Positions 10,185 through 20,091 are shown, counted from the stretch's first letter. The stretch is DNA of 36,963 nucleotides from Candidatus Micrarchaeota archaeon (GCA_038046605.1 JBBSVW010000055.1:1-36963); one strand, 5' to 3'. The notes: a model not told the origin generated them from the letters alone. Numbers and translations: made by a program.

Positions 10185-10347
10185 GGGTCCGTAGCTCAGC
10201 CTGGATAGAGCGTCTGCCTCCTAAGGACACAGCTTTTTCTTCCCAGAAGAAAAAGTAGTGTCGCTACAAAAAGAAGGGCATTTGGTTGCGAATCAAATGC
10301 CCATTGGAGAAAGTAGAAGGTCGAGGGTTCGAATCCCTCCGGATCCG
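10185..10347 (+). tRNA. tRNA-Arg (CCT) with an 88-nt intron at 37/38 (10224-10311)
   Basis: Acceptor GGGTCCG/CGGATCC, anticodon stem TCTGC/GTAGA, BHB central helix CTCC/GGAG with TAA and AAA bulges, T arm GAGGG-TTCGAAT-CCCTC. Confidence 0.93.
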
Positions 10348-10407
10348 TGCAGAATATTTTCCAATGTAATTCGCTTCATTTAAAAATCATCATTGCCTGC
10401 TTATTCC

Positions 10408-10959
10408 ATGGACGAATTCCTGTTGAAAATGCTCTCGGATTTGGAGTTGAACTCAAAGAAGCGCAATGTGATGAAGCTAAAAGAGCTTGGCGGCCAGATC
10501 GCCGAAAAGGCCTATATCCGGGGGGAGCGCCGGCTGGTTTCCCTCATAATTGTTTCCTATTCCATGGCCAAATTCCTCGAAAAGCATTATATCTCAAAAT
10601 CCGGGAAATGGGATAAATTTTATTCCAGATTCGGGGCGTTTTTGCAATCCGCAAAGGAGGAATTGCGTGAAGGGGATATGGATTCCTTCTATTCGGTGAT
10701 TGATTCGATGGTGGAATCAATCCAGGAGCTTTCGGAATTGCAGGGCAGGTTCCAATCAAACATTGTGGATAAGGCGCGTATCAAGGCGGGCACGCAGATA
10801 TATGCTCATGGCGCCTCCCTTTCAACGGCGGCCGCATTCGCAAACGTGGACAAGGGATCGCTCGCCTCTTACATCAATGTAACCAAGCTTCCGGATAAGT
10901 ACGGAACACTTACTGTAAAAGACCGCCTTAAAATGGCAGAATCACTGTTTGGAATGTAA
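10408..10959 (+). CDS. Hypothetical helical protein with possible C-terminal HTH
   Basis: 183-aa ORF; C-terminal IYAHGASLSTAAAFANV segment is HTH-like. Confidence 0.6.
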   Translation: MDEFLLKMLSDLELNSKKRNVMKLKELGGQIAEKAYIRGERRLVSLIIVSYSMAKFLEKHYISKSGKWDKFYSRFGAFLQSAKEELREGDMDSFYSVIDSMVESIQELSELQGRFQSNIVDKARIKAGTQIYAHGASLSTAAAFANVDKGSLASYINVTKLPDKYGTLTVKDRLKMAESLFGM

Positions 10960-11020
10960 GGATTTTATTTGAATGCAAATATTCCCCTTATTGAATGGAT
11001 TAAATTTTTCAGTTGATGAA

Positions 11021-11824
11021 ATGCCCCTTAACCTAATCGATGCAATCGTTCTTGCCATAATTCAGGGGATAACCGAATGGCTCCCAATTTCCAGTTCCGC
11101 ACACCTGGGATTGGCACAGATTTTCATGAACGCGCAAACTCCCCTCATTTTTGACTTGTTATTGCATGCGGGGACTCTTGCTTCCGCAATTTTGTATTTT
11201 AGGAAGGAAATTGCCGGAATGGCACTTGCGCTTTTAAAGTTTGACCGGAAAAGCGAATATTTCAATCTCTTTTCCCTAATTGTGCTCGCGAGCATACCAA
11301 CCGCCATTATTGGTTTTGCCTTCCATGATTATTTCGCATCCATGTTTTTCAGCCTCTTTTGGATTGGCATCACCCTCATGATTAATGCGGCTTTCATGCA
11401 GATTTCGAGCATGGATTTTGGCAAAGGAAAGGAAATTATTGAATTGAAGGGGAAGTCGGGTGCTATTATTGCAATCCTTATGGGCATCGCACAGGGCATT
11501 TCCATATCGCCCGGAATTTCACGTAGTGGGGCAACAATTGGCACTGCCATTCTAATGAAAGTTGATCGGTCAAAAGCACTAACTTTTTCATTCCTAATGT
11601 CCATACCCGCAATTATCGGCGCCACAATATTCGAATGGAAAGGCGCGCCAGTAACCGGAATAGGCCTTGATCTCATCATTGTTTCCATTGTTGTTTCCGG
11701 AATTGTGGGCTACATTTCAATTGATTTCATGATGAAATACGTCCGGAAAAAGGGCCTTGCGCCATTTGCCTATTACTGCTGGATCGTTGGCACGATTTCA
11801 CTCGCATTAAGCTTTATGAACTGA
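11021..11824 (+). CDS. uppP: Undecaprenyl-diphosphate phosphatase (BacA/UppP family)
   Basis: IQGITEWLPISSSAHL and SPGISRSGATI signature motifs; upstream ATG at 10973 possible. Confidence 0.93.
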   Translation: MPLNLIDAIVLAIIQGITEWLPISSSAHLGLAQIFMNAQTPLIFDLLLHAGTLASAILYFRKEIAGMALALLKFDRKSEYFNLFSLIVLASIPTAIIGFAFHDYFASMFFSLFWIGITLMINAAFMQISSMDFGKGKEIIELKGKSGAIIAILMGIAQGISISPGISRSGATIGTAILMKVDRSKALTFSFLMSIPAIIGATIFEWKGAPVTGIGLDLIIVSIVVSGIVGYISIDFMMKYVRKKGLAPFAYYCWIVGTISLALSFMN

Positions 11825-11857
11825 TTCCCCAATTATTCGTTCAACTAGGTAAATTAG

Positions 11858-11870
11858 AAAGCGCGGAGGG
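11858..11870. repeat. 13-bp direct repeat of the tRNA-Ser 3' end (AAAGCGCGGAGGG), att-like
   Basis: Identical to 12387-12399. Confidence 0.6.
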
Positions 11871-11907
11871 CGGATGTGACTTGATGTCATATATTAGCTG
11901 CGGGAAA

Positions 11908-12315
11908 TTAATCGATGTATTTAGGTACTGCAACGTATCTAGAAGTCACTGATAAATACGCAGCATATAGGCAATAAAGTAAAATTACCAATGACCCAAT
12001 AATGAACATTGCCCTTGCCCCTTCCAATAAGATTGAAATGTTATTCGATTCCATTGCGGAGCTTGCCAAATAATAACCAATTATGGACAAAACTAATCCA
12101 ATCGAATCCAAAATCATGGCAAATTTTGCATGCCTTTGTTGAAAAGGATTTCCAAATTTAAGCAATAAAAATGCGCCAATAAGTCCTAATAGAAATAGTC
12201 CAATTGTGCCAAATGTCGCTCCTATTGTGCTTGCTCCGACGTATGCCAATACTGCCCATTTAGTGTCTTCCTTAGGCTTAACTTTTCTTATTTCCAGGAA
12301 TGAGAACTTGAACAT
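11908..12315 (-). CDS. AT-rich membrane protein (DUF4870-like layout)
   Basis: WAVLAY, FQQRHAKFA and three hydrophobic segments. Confidence 0.6.
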   Translation of the reverse strand: MFKFSFLEIRKVKPKEDTKWAVLAYVGASTIGATFGTIGLFLLGLIGAFLLLKFGNPFQQRHAKFAMILDSIGLVLSIIGYYLASSAMESNNISILLEGARAMFIIGSLVILLYCLYAAYLSVTSRYVAVPKYID

Positions 12316-12390
12316 AATTGTCTAAACCATTAAGTTTAACCGATTAAATAGCTTTTCGTCCAGATCTATTTCAAAATAGGGATCTTAAAG

Positions 12391-12741
12391 CGCGGAGGGT
12401 GGGAATTTCGAGCATGTGCCGCCGTTACCCAATTTGATTTTCAAATCTAAATAAGGGGGTAGAGGCGACACACTAGAAGGGGTAAGGCAACACGTTAGGA
12501 GAAATCTTTCCCCTTGGTGTTGGGGATTATCCCCCTATAGGTGTCATTCGAACCCACGCAACGATTACTCGTTAACAGCTCTCAAGCCCGGAATTTCCGG
12601 GATATCGAACTTTTCCAGATAGCAGGCCTACGTACCTCGATTTCAGATTCTCAGATCAAAGAACTTTCTTTTTCTCGTAAAGGTCTTTTTCTTTTGAAAA
12701 GAAAAAGAGGTTTGCCGCCATAGCCACTAGGCGACCTCCGC
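12391..12741 (-). tRNA. tRNA-Ser (probably TGA) with multiple non-canonical introns: 29/30 (12712-12628), about 31-34 (39 nt, about 12623-12585) and 59/60 (12546-12405)
   Basis: Acceptor GCGGAGG/CCTCCGC with G73, D arm GCC/GGC, reconstructed anticodon arm GCAGC-CT-TGA-GA-GCTGT, long variable arm AACGA-GTAA-TCGTT, T arm GTGGG/CCCAC; clean TTCG/CGAA BHB for the T-loop intron. Confidence 0.8.
12455..12545 (+). mobile_element. GTAG-hairpin element inside the tRNA T-loop intron, with a nested degenerate copy (about 12479-12521)
   Basis: GGGGGTAGAGGCGACAC...[GGGGTAAGGCAACACGTTAGGAGAAATCTTTCCCCTTGGTGTT]GGGGATTATCCCCCTATAGGTGTC. Confidence 0.75.
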
Positions 12742-12855
12742 ATAAAAGAAGTTTTTATTGAAGGAGGATTATTAATCTAGCGGTATTTACAAATTCAACT
12801 ACAACATAACCCGCATGGATGGGGGGGATGCTGATTGGAAAAGCGTGATGCAATT

Positions 12856-13284
12856 ATGGGAAAAACAGTTACAATTGTTATGGAAGTCCAGGTCCCTGCA
12901 AAACCAATGGAAGTTTACATTGCTTTGACCGATCCGCAAAAGCATGAGGATTTCACCGGTACCGAGGCTAAAGGCACCGATAAGGAGGGAGGAAAATTTT
13001 CCACTTGGGATGGTTATTCATTCGGGAAGAATTTGCAACTTGTCAAGGGCAGGAAAATAGTGCAGGAGTGGCAAACATCCGAATGGCCCGAAGAAGCCAA
13101 GCCTTCCATCTTGACAATTACTTTAACTTCCTCAAAAGAAGGCACTTTGCTAAAAATGGTCCAGGAAAATGTGCCCGAAGAGCAGGCAAAGAATTATGAG
13201 AATGGATGGGAGGAATTCTACTGGGAACCGCTTAAAGCATATTTCAAGAGGAAAAGCAAAATTGAGAAGAAAGGGAAAAAATGA
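12856..13284 (+). CDS. SRPBCC / Aha1-like (activator of Hsp90 ATPase homolog) domain protein
   Basis: EVYIALTD, GGKFSTWDG, KIVQEWQ, NGWEEFYWEPLK. Confidence 0.88.
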   Translation: MGKTVTIVMEVQVPAKPMEVYIALTDPQKHEDFTGTEAKGTDKEGGKFSTWDGYSFGKNLQLVKGRKIVQEWQTSEWPEEAKPSILTITLTSSKEGTLLKMVQENVPEEQAKNYENGWEEFYWEPLKAYFKRKSKIEKKGKK

Positions 13285-14207
13285 AATTGCAAAGCTTTGG
13301 GGCAATATTGTTTGCAATTGCGCTTGCAGGAGTAATTTATGGGCTATTGAATATTCTTGATGCGCAAAAACACCTCAACGAGCTTGATTTGCCCCTTGCA
13401 CTGCTTTCGGCCCTCCTTTACCTGTCCTCAATTGCCCTATGGAACCTTTCATGGGGGAAATTCATCAAATTAGGCGGCAATGATTCCATTTTGATGGGTT
13501 TTGCCGCCCAATTGGGCGGGCTTACGCCCTTTAGCCTGGGCGCCGATTTCCTTCGGGGCTATTTTGCAAAAAAGGCAGGGAAAAAATTCGGGGAGGGGAT
13601 GGCTGCAAGTTTTGCCGCCAAATTCCATAAAATCTGGATTGCCTTGGTTTTTTCATCAATTGGCATAGGGGTAATCCTGCTCTCGCAAACTTACTTCCGC
13701 AGCAGCTTCCTTCTTGGGATTGGGGTCCCTATCATCATGCTGGCTGGAGTGATCCTTCTTACAAAAAATCATGCCGCCATGGCTATTTCGGGCATTTCAT
13801 TGGAAAAAATTAGCAAGAAGGATGCCCGGGATTTTTCTTACATGCTCAAAGTTTATATTAAAAATCCCCAAAAGGCCATTTTAGGCATGCTTGCAGCTTC
13901 CCTTGCCCTTGAATTCGCCTCATTTTACCTCGCATTCGCCTCTTTTGGCTTGTTTTTGGATATCAGTTCAGCCTACCTTGTTTTCATACTCCTCTTTTTT
14001 GCATCCAAAGCCCTTTTCGTGCCTCAAGGCATTGGTGTTACTGAAATCGTGGGCATCATTATCCTTGGGAATACGGCTCCCCTTTCCTTGATTGCCGCCG
14101 GTATGCTCCTTTGGAATATCGTAAGGATTTGGATCCCAACAATTATAGCTGGCGCTGCATCTTTGGCATTAGGGAAAAGATATGCAATTGGGGAATCCGG
14201 GAATTAG
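13281..14207 (+). CDS. Lysylphosphatidylglycerol-synthase-TM / flippase-like (UPF0104) membrane protein
   Basis: About 8 TM segments; TPFSLGADFLR and PQGIGVTE motifs. Confidence 0.75.
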   Translation: MKLQSFGAILFAIALAGVIYGLLNILDAQKHLNELDLPLALLSALLYLSSIALWNLSWGKFIKLGGNDSILMGFAAQLGGLTPFSLGADFLRGYFAKKAGKKFGEGMAASFAAKFHKIWIALVFSSIGIGVILLSQTYFRSSFLLGIGVPIIMLAGVILLTKNHAAMAISGISLEKISKKDARDFSYMLKVYIKNPQKAILGMLAASLALEFASFYLAFASFGLFLDISSAYLVFILLFFASKALFVPQGIGVTEIVGIIILGNTAPLSLIAAGMLLWNIVRIWIPTIIAGAASLALGKRYAIGESGN

Positions 14208-14266
14208 CAAAATATCGAGTGGTATCCCTTCGTCTAATTCAAAAATATGAGTAGGCTGTGCTTCCA

Positions 14267-14914
14267 TTATGCAGCCGTTTCCTGCGCCTTTGAAAGTTTC
14301 CTCTTGGTGACCTTGAGGGCATAGAACGCCTCGCTTTCAAGCCTGTTCAGGTGCGCGGAAATTTCCTTTATGGTCGCCTTCAGGTCCGGCTGGATGTTGT
14401 ATTCGAGGGCATTCACCTTCCGGTTGGTTTTCTCGATTTCCCTAAGGAGCCTTCTTAGCGCCGTTTCAAACTCCGCTAGCTTAATTATCAGGTTGAGTGA
14501 ATTTTCAAAATGCTCAACAGCATCATCGAATTTTGCCGATGAGCCCTGAATGGAATAGCCCCGAGTTTCCAGATCCTTCTTTACATCAATCCCCTTTATT
14601 TCGGCAATTTTAACTCCCATGATGTTCCTGGTTTTGACCTCTATTTCCGGCACATTTTGCGAGGAAATTGCAGCCATCTCTACAAAAAGATCGCCATGGA
14701 ATGCCTTGGCAATTGCTATGGACTTGAATGCCAATTGCATCTCCTTATCCACCTGGGACCTAAGGTCGCGCGCTTTTTTTACCAGTTTGAAGAATTCCGG
14801 AACCAGGGCGTCCCGCTTTTGCTTTAGTATGTGGTGGCCTTTTGTTGCCAGTGTCAATTTGGATTTGGTGTTAAGCATCTCCATTCTTGTTGGCCTAACG
14901 GATTCCTTGCTCAT
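14267..14914 (-). CDS. atpD: A/V-type ATP synthase subunit D
   Basis: VRPTRMEM, GHHILKQKRDAL, RNIMGV, EIEKTNRKVNALE; AGGTGA RBS before ATG 14914. Confidence 0.96.
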   Translation of the reverse strand: MSKESVRPTRMEMLNTKSKLTLATKGHHILKQKRDALVPEFFKLVKKARDLRSQVDKEMQLAFKSIAIAKAFHGDLFVEMAAISSQNVPEIEVKTRNIMGVKIAEIKGIDVKKDLETRGYSIQGSSAKFDDAVEHFENSLNLIIKLAEFETALRRLLREIEKTNRKVNALEYNIQPDLKATIKEISAHLNRLESEAFYALKVTKRKLSKAQETAA

Positions 14915-15061
14915 CTTGTTCACCTAATAAATTATGCATTTTGGAAATTGGGGATGGGGGTATTTTGCTATATTCATAATTGTTAATTCCTAACCCAAAT
15001 TGCATTCCCAATATTGATAATGTTCCTTTTTTCAAATTACTTTTTTTAATTATTATTGGCT

Positions 15062-15799
15062 TCAAAAACTTACCTCAAAGAATTTCGCCGCATTTGCAAA
15101 AAGCGCGCTTTTTACCTCCTCCAGGGGGATCCCCTTAATTTCCGAAATCCTCTCCCAAGCCGCGGCAACATTTGCCGGTTCGTTCCTCCCCTCGCTCCAA
15201 AGGTATGGCGAATCGGTCTCGGAAAGGAGATTATTTAGGGGCGCATTTTTAATAATCTTGTCAATTTCCTTGCTTTTGAGCGTTGCAATTGAGAGCATAT
15301 ACCCCCTTTTAAGCGCCTCTTGCATGAATGCGGGCTTGTTGAAGAAGTGGAGCATCACCTTTTGATGTGGAAAATCCTGCAAAATCATGAACAGGTCAGG
15401 ATACGCCTCCCTGCAGTGTGTCACTATCGGAAGCCCCAGCTTTTCAGCCAAAATGAGCTGCTCCCGGAATACCTGCTTTTGCCGTTCCCTGTCTTTTTCA
15501 TCTGGAAAATAATGGTACTCCAGCCCAATTTCCCCCATGGCAATTGCATCCTCGGCGTTGCGCTCAATGAATTCGAATTCCGCCGGAACATTGGTGGTGG
15601 TCGCAAAATGCGGGGCAAGGCCAATTGCGGCGTAAACGAACTTCTTATGCTGATTTCGGAAATTGAGCGCCGCCTCGTTCTGCTCCATATTCCCTCCGGT
15701 TTCAACTATTGCCTTGAGCTTGGTTTTGGCCCTGGCAAGCACATTGCTACGGTCTGCATTGAACTTTTCGTGCATCAAATGGCAGTGCGCATCGATCAT
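15062..15799 (-). CDS. tatD: TatD family DNase
   Basis: MIDAHCHL, GEIGLEY, HCREA, HFF, ETDSPY, NEPANV. Confidence 0.93.
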   Translation of the reverse strand: MIDAHCHLMHEKFNADRSNVLARAKTKLKAIVETGGNMEQNEAALNFRNQHKKFVYAAIGLAPHFATTTNVPAEFEFIERNAEDAIAMGEIGLEYHYFPDEKDRERQKQVFREQLILAEKLGLPIVTHCREAYPDLFMILQDFPHQKVMLHFFNKPAFMQEALKRGYMLSIATLKSKEIDKIIKNAPLNNLLSETDSPYLWSEGRNEPANVAAAWERISEIKGIPLEEVKSALFANAAKFFEVSF

Positions 15800-15808
15800 A
15801 AAAAAAAC

Positions 15809-16510
15809 CTACACTCCCGTATAGTCTATACCGTGATTCACTTTGTCAATAATGATGCTTTTATTATGGCCGGGAAAACTAACGAGGCCCGACCTTTTAC
15901 ACAATTTGGCGATTCCGTGCCTGAGCCCGTATTTTGGATGCTCTTCGAATGTATCCCCCAATATTTTTAGGGGAAACAGGCCCTGCCGGAGGGCGGCTTT
16001 AAATATTTCCTGCAATCCTGCAACATCCCATCCTTGATGCTCCCTAGCTCGTTTTCTGGGTAATGGGTTTTCGCCGTTGGTCTTCGAATGCGCTTGTATG
16101 TCACTGATAAATAATTTGAGATCCCCATGCTTGGAGCTGTAGGGAATCTCGGGCGGGGGATAGCGAAATGCAAATATCGTTCCGACGGCTTTGGGGTTGA
16201 TGTCCCCCCAATATACGGATTTTGGGCTTCGGGTACGCGAGGCAGCGTAAACATCGAAATGTTTGGGATTTGGATAGACGACAACCGGATGTTGGCCTTC
16301 CGAAAACTCAGATGGCAGTGCTATGATGATGTTTCTTCTTTTTACGAGCCTGTACCCGCCAAGACTCAATTCACCTCCATTTGGCCCGCTTTTAAGCCGT
16401 TCCCATGCTTGTGCTACAAGCCTATGAAGGTTTGATTGCCTTCTTGCAATTTCACCCAAGGCCGTATTTTTCCTTTCGATTCCTTGAATCCGCTCCTCAT
16501 CGGTTTCCAT
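15809..16510 (-). CDS. Hypothetical basic protein
   Basis: 233-aa ORF co-oriented with tatD; no family recognised. Confidence 0.55.
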   Translation of the reverse strand: METDEERIQGIERKNTALGEIARRQSNLHRLVAQAWERLKSGPNGGELSLGGYRLVKRRNIIIALPSEFSEGQHPVVVYPNPKHFDVYAASRTRSPKSVYWGDINPKAVGTIFAFRYPPPEIPYSSKHGDLKLFISDIQAHSKTNGENPLPRKRAREHQGWDVAGLQEIFKAALRQGLFPLKILGDTFEEHPKYGLRHGIAKLCKRSGLVSFPGHNKSIIIDKVNHGIDYTGV

Positions 16511-16648
16511 TTGTAATCACTAAATGCTTCTCCAATATATATAAAAACCTTTTTTCCTTTAAATAACTCGCTCCTGATGCGTACCAAATGCCCTAAAGGC
16601 TAGTTCGATTTCCAAATTTGGGTTTTAAACAAGAAAAAAGGTTTAGTT

Positions 16649-19600
16649 ATGGCAACAAATGATGGCGTCCTCTCGAAAATCTCCGGCCCAGTTGTCCAGG
16701 CAACTGGCATGTCCGGAGCGCAAATCAATGAGATCGTCAAGGTTGGAGATGCCGAACTCATGGGTGAAATCATTGCCCTTCGGTACGACCGCGCATCCAT
16801 CCAGGTTTATGAGGAAACATCCGGCTTGCGCCCCGGCGAAAAGGTTGTGCGCACATATGCGCCCCTCTCTTTGGAACTAGGGCCAGGCCTGCTTTCAAGC
16901 ATTTTTGATGGAATCCAGCGCCCACTCGAGGCAATTAGGGAAAAGAGCGGCGATTTCATCGCCAGGGGAATATCCGTTCCGGCACTTGACCGCAAGAAGA
17001 AATGGAAATTTGATGCAACCGCCAAAAAGGGCGATTCCGTTAAAGCTGGCGATATCCTAGGGGCCGTCCAGGAGCTTGATTTCGTCCACAAGATACTTGT
17101 CCCAAATGGCATTGAGGGCAAAATCGGATCGATCTCATCTGGCAGTTTCAACGTAACCGAAACAATTGCTGAAATTTCTGGCAAGGAAATCACCATGACG
17201 CAGCGCTGGCCAGTTAGGATCCCGCGCCCATATGGAGAAAAACTCCCCCTTAATTTGCCCCTAATCACCGGCAAGAGGATTATCGACACATTTTTCCCGA
17301 TCACAAAAGGAGGGACTGCCGCAATTCCGGGCCCCTTCGGGAGTGGAAAATGTGTTTCCGGCGACACTCCGATTTTGTTGCCCGGAAAGGGAATCCTCTC
17401 CATGAGGGAACTATATGAGAAAAGCAAGCTGGAAGGTATAATTAAAAGAACCGTGTTCGAAGAGACAATAGAGCTAAAAGAACCCATCAATTTAGTTTCA
17501 TATTACAATGGCCAAATAGTTGAAACATCCTCAAAATTATTCTATAAGGGTTATTCGGATTCGCTTTTAAGAATCAAGACAAGGTCCGGACGGGAAGTTG
17601 AAGTTACGCCTATCCACAAGCTCTTCCGTGTAACTCCGGAGTTGCAAACCGTGGAAACCGAATCAAGAAATTTGAGAAAAGGCGATTTCCTTGCAGGTGT
17701 AAGGCAATTGCCGCCTTTGAAGGAAGTAAAAATAGACTTGTTTACCCTGGGAAACTTGAGGTGTGAAGACGAACATATCGCATTGGAGATCAAAAAGATG
17801 CTACGAAACAGGTCCAATGCAATTGGAAGGGTAAATGCGGCAAAAGAGCTAGGAATGGGTTTTGGGGAGTTCAAGCGGCTGCTTTACATGGAAACATTGC
17901 CTAAGCTTTCTCAAATCAAAAGAATTTGCGAATTTTACTCACAACCATTGCCCAGGATACAAAAAATAAGGGGCGATAGAAGTGGAAATTCGGCAATATT
18001 GCCAGATAAGCTCACACCTGAACTAGCAGAATTCCTGGCACTATTTGCTGCGGAAGGGTATTTACGCGGCCCTGTAACCCTAGTTTTCACGAATTTGGAT
18101 GAGGCATTGCTCGAAAGGTTTTCTTCGCTAGCAAAGCAGCTCTTTAGTTTAGAATCAAAGATCGAAAGGCAAAATGGCAAAACCCCCAACGTCCTCATTT
18201 CAAGCAAAGCGCTGGCTGAGTATGTTAAATTTTTCGTTGGCAGCCTACGTACCGCAAAAGGAAAAATGGTACCTTCGGTGCTGTTTGGAGCAGACGAGGA
18301 GTGCATCCGAAGTTTCCTATTCGCATATATTTTTGGTGATGGCAGCTTCTACGATGGCCAAATAGAGATAACAACTGCAAGCGTCAAGATGCAAACCGGG
18401 CTTTCGTATTTGCTCTCACGCCTTGGCGTCCTTCACTCTCTATCTAAGAGGAGTATTGACGGCATTCCTTATTATCGGACATTTGTTAGGGGCGTTGAAA
18501 ATTTCAAGAAACTGACTTCCACTTCAGTGCAAACTAATGGAAAAATTGATCGCGTGAAGGAGTATATCCGCGCCCAAAAGAGCACATACACATCTACCGA
18601 TATCGTGCCCGTTTTGCCAGCAGTAATTGATCAAATATATTCTGCCGCTGGTAGGCCATACTCGAAGTTCAGGAAAGCGGGAGTGGAAATTTCAAACTAT
18701 GTAGGAAACGAGGAGCGCATGAGTGTTTCAATTTTCAAAAAATTCTTGGCAGTATCCTCGCAAAACGCTTCCAATTCTGGCGTCCAGCTGCAACTTAGCC
18801 ATTTCGCTGCATTTTCGGATGCATTGGAGCACATTTTCTGCGATGAAATAGTTTCAATTGAAGAAATTGTAGGCCCGCATGAGGTTTTCGATGTGTCCGT
18901 TCCAGGCATAGAGAATTGGGTGGGAGGCAATGCGCCAATGCTTTTGCATAATACGGTCAACCAGCAGGATCTGGCAAAATACGCAGATGCGGATATCATC
19001 ATATACGTTGGCTGCGGCGAACGTGGAAACGAAATGACCGATGTTTTGAACGAATTCCCAAAGCTAATGGATCCCAAGACGAAAAAGCCCCTCATGAACC
19101 GCACTGTGCTGGTTGCCAACACTTCAAACATGCCAGTTGCCGCCAGGGAGGCTTCAATTTACACCGGAATCACGCTTGCTGAATATTACCGCGATATGGG
19201 CTATGATGTTGCCATGATGGCGGACAGCACGTCCAGATGGGCCGAGGCCATGCGTGAGATTTCAGGCAGGATGGAGGAAATGCCCGGAGAGGAAGGCTAT
19301 CCTGCATACCTTGCAAAGAGGCTCGCCGAATTTTACGAGCGCGCAGGAAGGGTTCGGACCATTGGAAGCAAGGAACGGCTTGGATCGGTTTCGCTAGTTG
19401 GCGCTGTTTCCCCACCAGGCGGCGATCTATCCGAACCTGTTTCGCAAGGGACCCTTCGTGTAACAAAAGTTTTCTGGGCGCTTGATGCCAACCTTTCTAG
19501 GAGGAGGCACTACCCCGCAATCAACTGGCTTAAGAGCTACTCGCTTTACATGGAGGATCTTCGATCGTGGTATGGTGAAAAAGTTGCATCTGATTTCTAC

Positions 19601-19987
19601 GAGCTAAGGAACAAAGCCATGCAGCTCCTTCAAAAGGAGGCCGAATTGCAGGCAATTGTCCAATTGATTGGTTCAGATGCCCTGCCCGACCGCGAACGCC
19701 TTGTCCTCGAGGTCACCAAAATGATCCGCGAGGATTTCCTGCAGCAGAACTCCTACGATGAAATCGACGTATATTCGTCGCTCAAAAAGCAATATGGGAT
19801 GCTTAAGGTGATTTTGCATTTCTACGACAAGGCGTTAATCGCCCTCAATTCGGATGTGCCCTACGATAGGATCGCAAATGTCAAGGAAAAGCAGGCAATC
19901 TCACTCATAAAACGGCAAAAGGAGGAGGAAGCCCAAAAGAGCATAAGCGAAATCATGAAAAGCCTTGATACGGCGTTTATGAAGTGA
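16649..19987 (+). CDS. atpA: A/V-type ATP synthase catalytic subunit A, intein-containing
   Basis: [15 protein letters not shown], Walker [28 protein letters not shown]; 578-aa extein after removing the intein. Confidence 0.97.
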   Translation: MATNDGVLSKISGPVVQATGMSGAQINEIVKVGDAELMGEIIALRYDRASIQVYEETSGLRPGEKVVRTYAPLSLELGPGLLSSIFDGIQRPLEAIREKSGDFIARGISVPALDRKKKWKFDATAKKGDSVKAGDILGAVQELDFVHKILVPNGIEGKIGSISSGSFNVTETIAEISGKEITMTQRWPVRIPRPYGEKLPLNLPLITGKRIIDTFFPITKGGTAAIPGPFGSGKCVSGDTPILLPGKGILSMRELYEKSKLEGIIKRTVFEETIELKEPINLVSYYNGQIVETSSKLFYKGYSDSLLRIKTRSGREVEVTPIHKLFRVTPELQTVETESRNLRKGDFLAGVRQLPPLKEVKIDLFTLGNLRCEDEHIALEIKKMLRNRSNAIGRVNAAKELGMGFGEFKRLLYMETLPKLSQIKRICEFYSQPLPRIQKIRGDRSGNSAILPDKLTPELAEFLALFAAEGYLRGPVTLVFTNLDEALLERFSSLAKQLFSLESKIERQNGKTPNVLISSKALAEYVKFFVGSLRTAKGKMVPSVLFGADEECIRSFLFAYIFGDGSFYDGQIEITTASVKMQTGLSYLLSRLGVLHSLSKRSIDGIPYYRTFVRGVENFKKLTSTSVQTNGKIDRVKEYIRAQKSTYTSTDIVPVLPAVIDQIYSAAGRPYSKFRKAGVEISNYVGNEERMSVSIFKKFLAVSSQNASNSGVQLQLSHFAAFSDALEHIFCDEIVSIEEIVGPHEVFDVSVPGIENWVGGNAPMLLHNTVNQQDLAKYADADIIIYVGCGERGNEMTDVLNEFPKLMDPKTKKPLMNRTVLVANTSNMPVAAREASIYTGITLAEYYRDMGYDVAMMADSTSRWAEAMREISGRMEEMPGEEGYPAYLAKRLAEFYERAGRVRTIGSKERLGSVSLVGAVSPPGGDLSEPVSQGTLRVTKVFWALDANLSRRRHYPAINWLKSYSLYMEDLRSWYGEKVASDFYELRNKAMQLLQKEAELQAIVQLIGSDALPDRERLVLEVTKMIREDFLQQNSYDEIDVYSSLKKQYGMLKVILHFYDKALIALNSDVPYDRIANVKEKQAISLIKRQKEEEAQKSISEIMKSLDTAFMK
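17351..18952 (+). mobile_element. Intein (534 aa) with LAGLIDADG homing endonuclease in the AtpA P-loop
   Basis: Starts CVSGDT right after GSGK, block [20 protein letters not shown] and [10 protein letters not shown] motifs, ends LLHN followed by Thr. Confidence 0.96.
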
Positions 19988-20091
19988 TATTTTTAAGATT
20001 TGTAGGAAAAAATATTATTTTGGACAATATGGAAAAATTTTATTTCGGAAATTTGGCAATTGAAAAAACATTGCAAAAACAAGTTGATAAA

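Noticed and set aside
12581-12585. Reading the minus-strand tRNA as Leu (GAG)
   Set aside because: The loop register CT-TGA-GA and the G73 discriminator fit Ser
12612-12618. Alternative Ser-GGA anticodon loop (CT-GGA-AA) inside the second intron
   Set aside because: It needs a 7-nt intron and a mismatched BHB; not supportable without RNA data
12541-12723. 60-aa ORF from the track
   Set aside because: It lies antisense within the intron-containing tRNA-Ser gene
19984-20091. N-terminal extension of AtpB
   Set aside because: AT-rich spacer; homology starts at MIKEY (20092)
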